Below are positions 60,927 to 64,000 of a DNA stretch of 64,000 nt, piece by piece; the first letter of the stretch is position 1; every line of letters starts with the position of its first letter. The notes below the pieces were generated by a model that had not been told where the DNA came from, did not search any database, and saw only the letters and a program-made list of their open reading frames with translations. Made by a program: the position numbers and the translations under genes. The stretch is from Candidatus Aminicenantes bacterium (GTDB lineage: Bacteria > Acidobacteriota > Aminicenantia > Aminicenantales > Saccharicenantaceae), in assembly GCA_963773685.1 (NCBI GenBank), contig CAVZBY010000011.1:661532-725531 (forward strand), read 5' to 3'.

Positions 60927-61411
60927 TTTCCACCTCCCGACCCGGCCAGCTTGCCTTTCTTGATGAAGGCTTCGACCTCCGCCGGAGAGACGGTCAGCTT
61001 GAGCATCCTGTCGACGGCGGCGAAGTTGGCGTCCGCGTGTTTCGCTTTATAGCTGTCCTCCACCTGCTTGTTGAAGCCCTTCCCGGCGAGGGCGACCTCG
61101 CTGGCCGAAGCCTGGGTCTTCCTCGTGCCGCCGACGGACGCCAGGTTGAACTTCTTCGTCTCGACGGCGCTCGAATGGATCCAGCCGACGACGCCCGTGG
61201 AGGTCTTGACCTGTACCCAGCCGTTCTGTTCGGCGAGCTTGGTCAGCGAGTCCCCGGCCTTGAGGGCGGCGACCGCGGCGGAATAGAACTTCGGCTCCTT
61301 CCGCAGGCTCGTCGACTGGACCTTGACCACGACGGTCTCGGCTGCGATCAGAAGGATCACGATCGCCAGAATGGCTCCGGCAATCACGACCGGCCTATGG
61401 GCATGCTTCAT
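60923..61411 (-). CDS. Membrane-anchored SH3b-domain protein
   Basis: TM segment (VVIAGAILAIVILLIAA) followed by ...LRKEPKFYSAAVAALKAGDSLTKLAEQNGWVQVKTSTGVVGWIHSSAV. Confidence 0.6.
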   Translation of the reverse strand: MKHAHRPVVIAGAILAIVILLIAAETVVVKVQSTSLRKEPKFYSAAVAALKAGDSLTKLAEQNGWVQVKTSTGVVGWIHSSAVETKKFNLASVGGTRKTQASASEVALAGKGFNKQVEDSYKAKHADANFAAVDRMLKLTVSPAEVEAFIKKGKLAGSGGGK

Positions 61412-61586
61412 CCTTCACTCCTTCTTTCGTCTGGCCACATGATAGGTAAAACCGGTCGCGGATGTCAATCTAAGGCGAGACAAGCGAGAGGTGCGAGATA
61501 AGCGAGACAGGCGAGATGGACAAGACGGGACAGACAGGCAAAACGGGCGAGACTTCCCCCCTTCCTAAAGGGGGGTTGGGGGGGAT

Positions 61587-62455
61587 TTACCGAGACCGGC
61601 GTACCCGGGCCTTGCGTTGGCACTTCGGGCAGAAGAACGTGCTCCGACCTCCGACCCGGATGCGGCGGATCGAGGTCCCGCAGGCGCGGCAGGTCTTCCC
61701 TTCCCGGCCGTAGACCTTGTGAAGCGACTGGTAGTCGCCCGGCTCCCCGTCGGAATCGGTGAAGTCCCTGATCGTCGAGCCTTTCCGGGCAATGGCCCGC
61801 CGGAGGACATCGCGCACCGATCTCCTCAGCGTCTCGAGATCCTTGTCGCCGAGGGCGGCGGCGGAGGTCAGCGGATGGAGCCGCGCCCGGAATAGGATCT
61901 CGTCGGCGTAGATATTCCCGATACCCGCCAAGATCCTCTGGTCTAGCAGAAGGCTCTTGAGGCGGCCCTTCCGGCTCCGAAAGCGGGCGGCGAACTCTTC
62001 CCTGCCCGATTCCAGCGGCTCAGGCCCGAGGGCTTCGAGCTCCGGGGCAGGGCAAGCTGTTTCCGGTCCCAATAAAAGCATGAAGCCAAACTTGCGAATG
62101 TCATGAAATCGAAGCTGGGTTGAAGGGGCCCTGCGACCCCCCCTGGCCTGACACGTTAACGGGATGATCAGCCGGGTATGCTTGTCGACGGGGTCGGAGG
62201 GCCGCGCCAGAAGGAGCCTGCCCGTCATCTTCAGGTGAAAGACGAGCGTCCATCCCCCCTCGCAGGAGATGAGGGCCATCTTCCCCCGGCGCCGCAGGCC
62301 GAGGACCCGCTTCCCCGCCAGGACGGCGAGCCCGCCGCCGGGGCGGCCGGCGGAGGAGGGGCGGGAACAGGAGGCGGGCGGGACCGAGCTCCGCGCCCTC
62401 GAGCCGAGGGCGCCAGGCCGCGGACGATGGTCTCGACCTCGGGAAGCTCGGGCAT
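61587..62455 (-). CDS. mutM: Formamidopyrimidine-DNA glycosylase (frame break near 62280-62400)
   Basis: MPELPEVETIVRGL... then ...FHLKMTGRL...LRFHDIRKFG...LLLDQRILAGIGNIYADEILFRARLHP...CRACGTSIRRIRVGGRSTFFCPKCQ. Confidence 0.85.
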
Positions 62456-62506
62456 GGCGCCATTGTACTTGATTTAGGGGGTGTTTTCGATTAAGATTCG
62501 AGACTC

Positions 62507-62875
62507 ATGAAATTCAAAGCGCTGCTTCCGATGGTCCTCGGCTGGATCGTCCCGGGCCTGGGGCATATCGTCCAGAAGAAGTATGCCCGCGGGGCGGTCT
62601 TCTTCGTTTCCATCTTCGCGATGACGGGGCTCGGCCTGGCCATGGGAGGCAAGGTCTATCCCTTCCAGACGGAGAACCCGCTGACGGTCCTGGCCTTCTT
62701 CGCCGACCTCGGGAACGCGCTCTTTTACGCCCTGGCCCGGCTCCTGGCCATCGGTCCGGGCGCTCTCGAGCGGACGACCTTCGAGTTCGGGACGGCCTAC
62801 ATCGCCGGCGCCGGCCTCCTGAACTATCTCGTCGCCCTGGACGCGCACGACATCGCCGCGGGGAAGAAATCATGA
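62507..62875 (+). CDS. Small polytopic membrane protein
   Basis: 122 aa: LPMVLGWIVPGLGHIVQKKYARGAVFFVSIFAMTGLGLAMGG.... Confidence 0.55.
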   Translation: MKFKALLPMVLGWIVPGLGHIVQKKYARGAVFFVSIFAMTGLGLAMGGKVYPFQTENPLTVLAFFADLGNALFYALARLLAIGPGALERTTFEFGTAYIAGAGLLNYLVALDAHDIAAGKKS

Positions 62876-63048
62876 TCCTCGAAAGCCACCTCTTCTCCAT
62901 GGCCCTGTACGCGTTCTTCGTGGCGCTGGTGATGGCGCTCCTCAGGCGGGAGGGCCGGAAGGCGCGCATCCGGTACGGGGTGACCCTCTTCCTCATCATG
63001 GTCGCCGGCGCGCTCGCGTTCGGCTGGTTCATGTATCTCTTCATTTGA
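62872..63048 (+). CDS. 58-aa two-TM membrane protein (below the ORF-track cutoff)
   Basis: Own translation: MILESHLFSMALYAFFVALVMALLRREGRKARIRYGVTLFLIMVAGALAFGWFMYLFI. ATGA overlap with the upstream gene and TGATG overlap with ftsE. Confidence 0.45.
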   Translation: MILESHLFSMALYAFFVALVMALLRREGRKARIRYGVTLFLIMVAGALAFGWFMYLFI

Positions 63049-63713
63049 TGATCGAGCTGTTTCACGTCTCGAAGCAGTATCAACCTCCCCAGTGGGCCCT
63101 TTCGGACATCAGCCTCCAGGTCAAGAACGGGGATTTCCACTTCATCACCGGGCCCAGCGGCTCGGGCAAGACGACCCTCCTCAAGATCATCTTCCGGGAG
63201 ATCCTGCCCACCGAGGGCCAGATCATCATCGACGGCGTCAACCTCCTGAAGCTGCCGAACCACCGGATCCACGAGCTCCGGCGGACGATGGGCATCGTCT
63301 TCCAGGATTTCCGCCTCCTCTTCCACAGGACCGTCTTCGATAACGTGGCCGTGCCCCTCCAGGTCCTGGGCGAGGCCCGCAAGGAGATCCGGCGGCGGGT
63401 CTTCAACACGCTCCGCATGGTCAACCTTCACAACAAGATGTGGGACCTCCCGGCGCGCCTGTCCTACGGGGAACAGCAGAGGGTGGCCATCGCCCGGGCC
63501 ATCGTCAACGACCCGAAGATCATCCTGGCCGACGAGCCCACGGGCAATCTCGACCCGGAGCTGGCCTTCGAGATCATCTCCCTCTTCAAGGAGATCAACG
63601 CCCGGGGCACGACGGTCATCATCGGGAGCCACGACCGGGAGCTCATCCGCCATTTCGGGGACCGGATCCTCTTTCTCCAGAAGGGCCGGCTCATCCGGAG
63701 GGACGCCTCGTGA
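63048..63713 (+). CDS. ftsE: Cell-division ABC transporter ATP-binding protein FtsE
   Basis: Walker A GPSGSGKTT, signature LSYGEQQRVAIARA, Walker B ILADEPTGNLD. Followed by an ftsX-like gene. Confidence 0.9.
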   Translation: MIELFHVSKQYQPPQWALSDISLQVKNGDFHFITGPSGSGKTTLLKIIFREILPTEGQIIIDGVNLLKLPNHRIHELRRTMGIVFQDFRLLFHRTVFDNVAVPLQVLGEARKEIRRRVFNTLRMVNLHNKMWDLPARLSYGEQQRVAIARAIVNDPKIILADEPTGNLDPELAFEIISLFKEINARGTTVIIGSHDRELIRHFGDRILFLQKGRLIRRDAS

Positions 63714-64000
63714 ACGTCCGCCGGATGAAGTATCTGGCCGGGGCCGCGGCCGGCAGCCTCTGGCAATTCCGGGGGCGGAACGTCTTCTCGACGACGATCA
63801 TCTGCCTGTCGTTCCTCATCGTCGGCGTCTTCCTCTCGCTGGCGAACAATCTTCAGCACGTCGCCCGCGGGGTCTCGGCCGATATGACGGTGGCTTTCTT
63901 CCTCCAGAAGAATGCCGCGCCTTCGGACCTCGCGGAGCTCGAACGGCGCCTGCGGGCTTCTCCGCTCGTCGCCGGCATCGCGACCGTCGCCCCGGAGGCG
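63710..64000 (+). CDS. ftsX: Cell-division permease FtsX-like, N-terminal fragment (runs off the right edge)
   Basis: GTG at 63710 overlaps the ftsE stop. VNVRRMKYLAGAAAGSLWQFRGRNVFSTTIICLSFLIVGVFLSLANNL.... Confidence 0.65.
   Translation, partial: MNVRRMKYLAGAAAGSLWQFRGRNVFSTTIICLSFLIVGVFLSLANNLQHVARGVSADMTVAFFLQKNAAPSDLAELERRLRASPLVAGIATVAPEA

Noticed and set aside
62514-63653. 379-aa minus-strand ORF, and similar long shadows (7431..8480 +, 17406..18317 -, 20180..21025 -, 57609..58982 +, 59265..60215 +)
   Set aside because: All lie opposite genes with clear family motifs (ftsE, GT4, nfo-like, porA, the cyclase). High GC suppresses stop codons in non-coding frames.

Overview
High-GC bacterial chromosome segment, roughly 60-70% GC by eye, with sigma70-like TTGACA/TATAAA promoters. 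It carries a lower-GC accessory island. Layout follows. (1) 1-16.2 kb is a Wzx/Wzy-type exopolysaccharide/O-antigen locus: Wzz, Wza, an OM barrel, a priming sugar transferase, VanZ, GT4 and GT2 glycosyltransferases, Wzy-like ligase, FkbM methyltransferase, Wzx and a nucleotidyltransferase. (2) 16.3-38.3 kb is housekeeping: thiC, endonuclease IV-like, fumarate hydratase alpha, four-subunit 2-oxoacid:ferredoxin oxidoreductase, TlpA-like, fabH, M14 carboxypeptidase, queH, hypF, M50 protease, ferredoxin, a DUF5916/CBM9-like protein and a 439-aa orphan. (3) 38.3-40.7 kb is a lower-GC flank. (4) 40.7-54.45 kb is a ~13.7 kb island at tRNA-Arg(CCT). It is bounded by a perfect 44-bp direct repeat (intact tRNA at the right, tRNA 3' fragment at the left), and I see no integrase. 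(5) 54.5-64 kb holds 3 x 47-bp tandem repeats, a cAMP module (CHASE2 cyclase, MBL hydrolase, cNMP-binding MscS channel), an M48 peptidase, an SH3 protein, mutM and ftsEX. The most interesting island content is a minus-strand operon (48554->41157). It encodes three large family-less proteins that share a short motif and ends in a caspase-like (peptidase C14) protease; I flag it as a candidate undescribed protease-linked conflict system. The island also carries a HEPN-motif protein, a small excisionase-like HTH gene preceded by a 13-G tract, a decayed IS3/IS407-like element, and a compact SIR2-like protein followed by a small PD-(D/E)xK-like protein. Caveat: many clearly recognisable high-GC genes are broken by single-base frame shifts, several at homopolymers. 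These look more like sequence errors than real pseudogenes, so gene junctions must be read cautiously. All family calls come from motifs read by eye. No database search was run.
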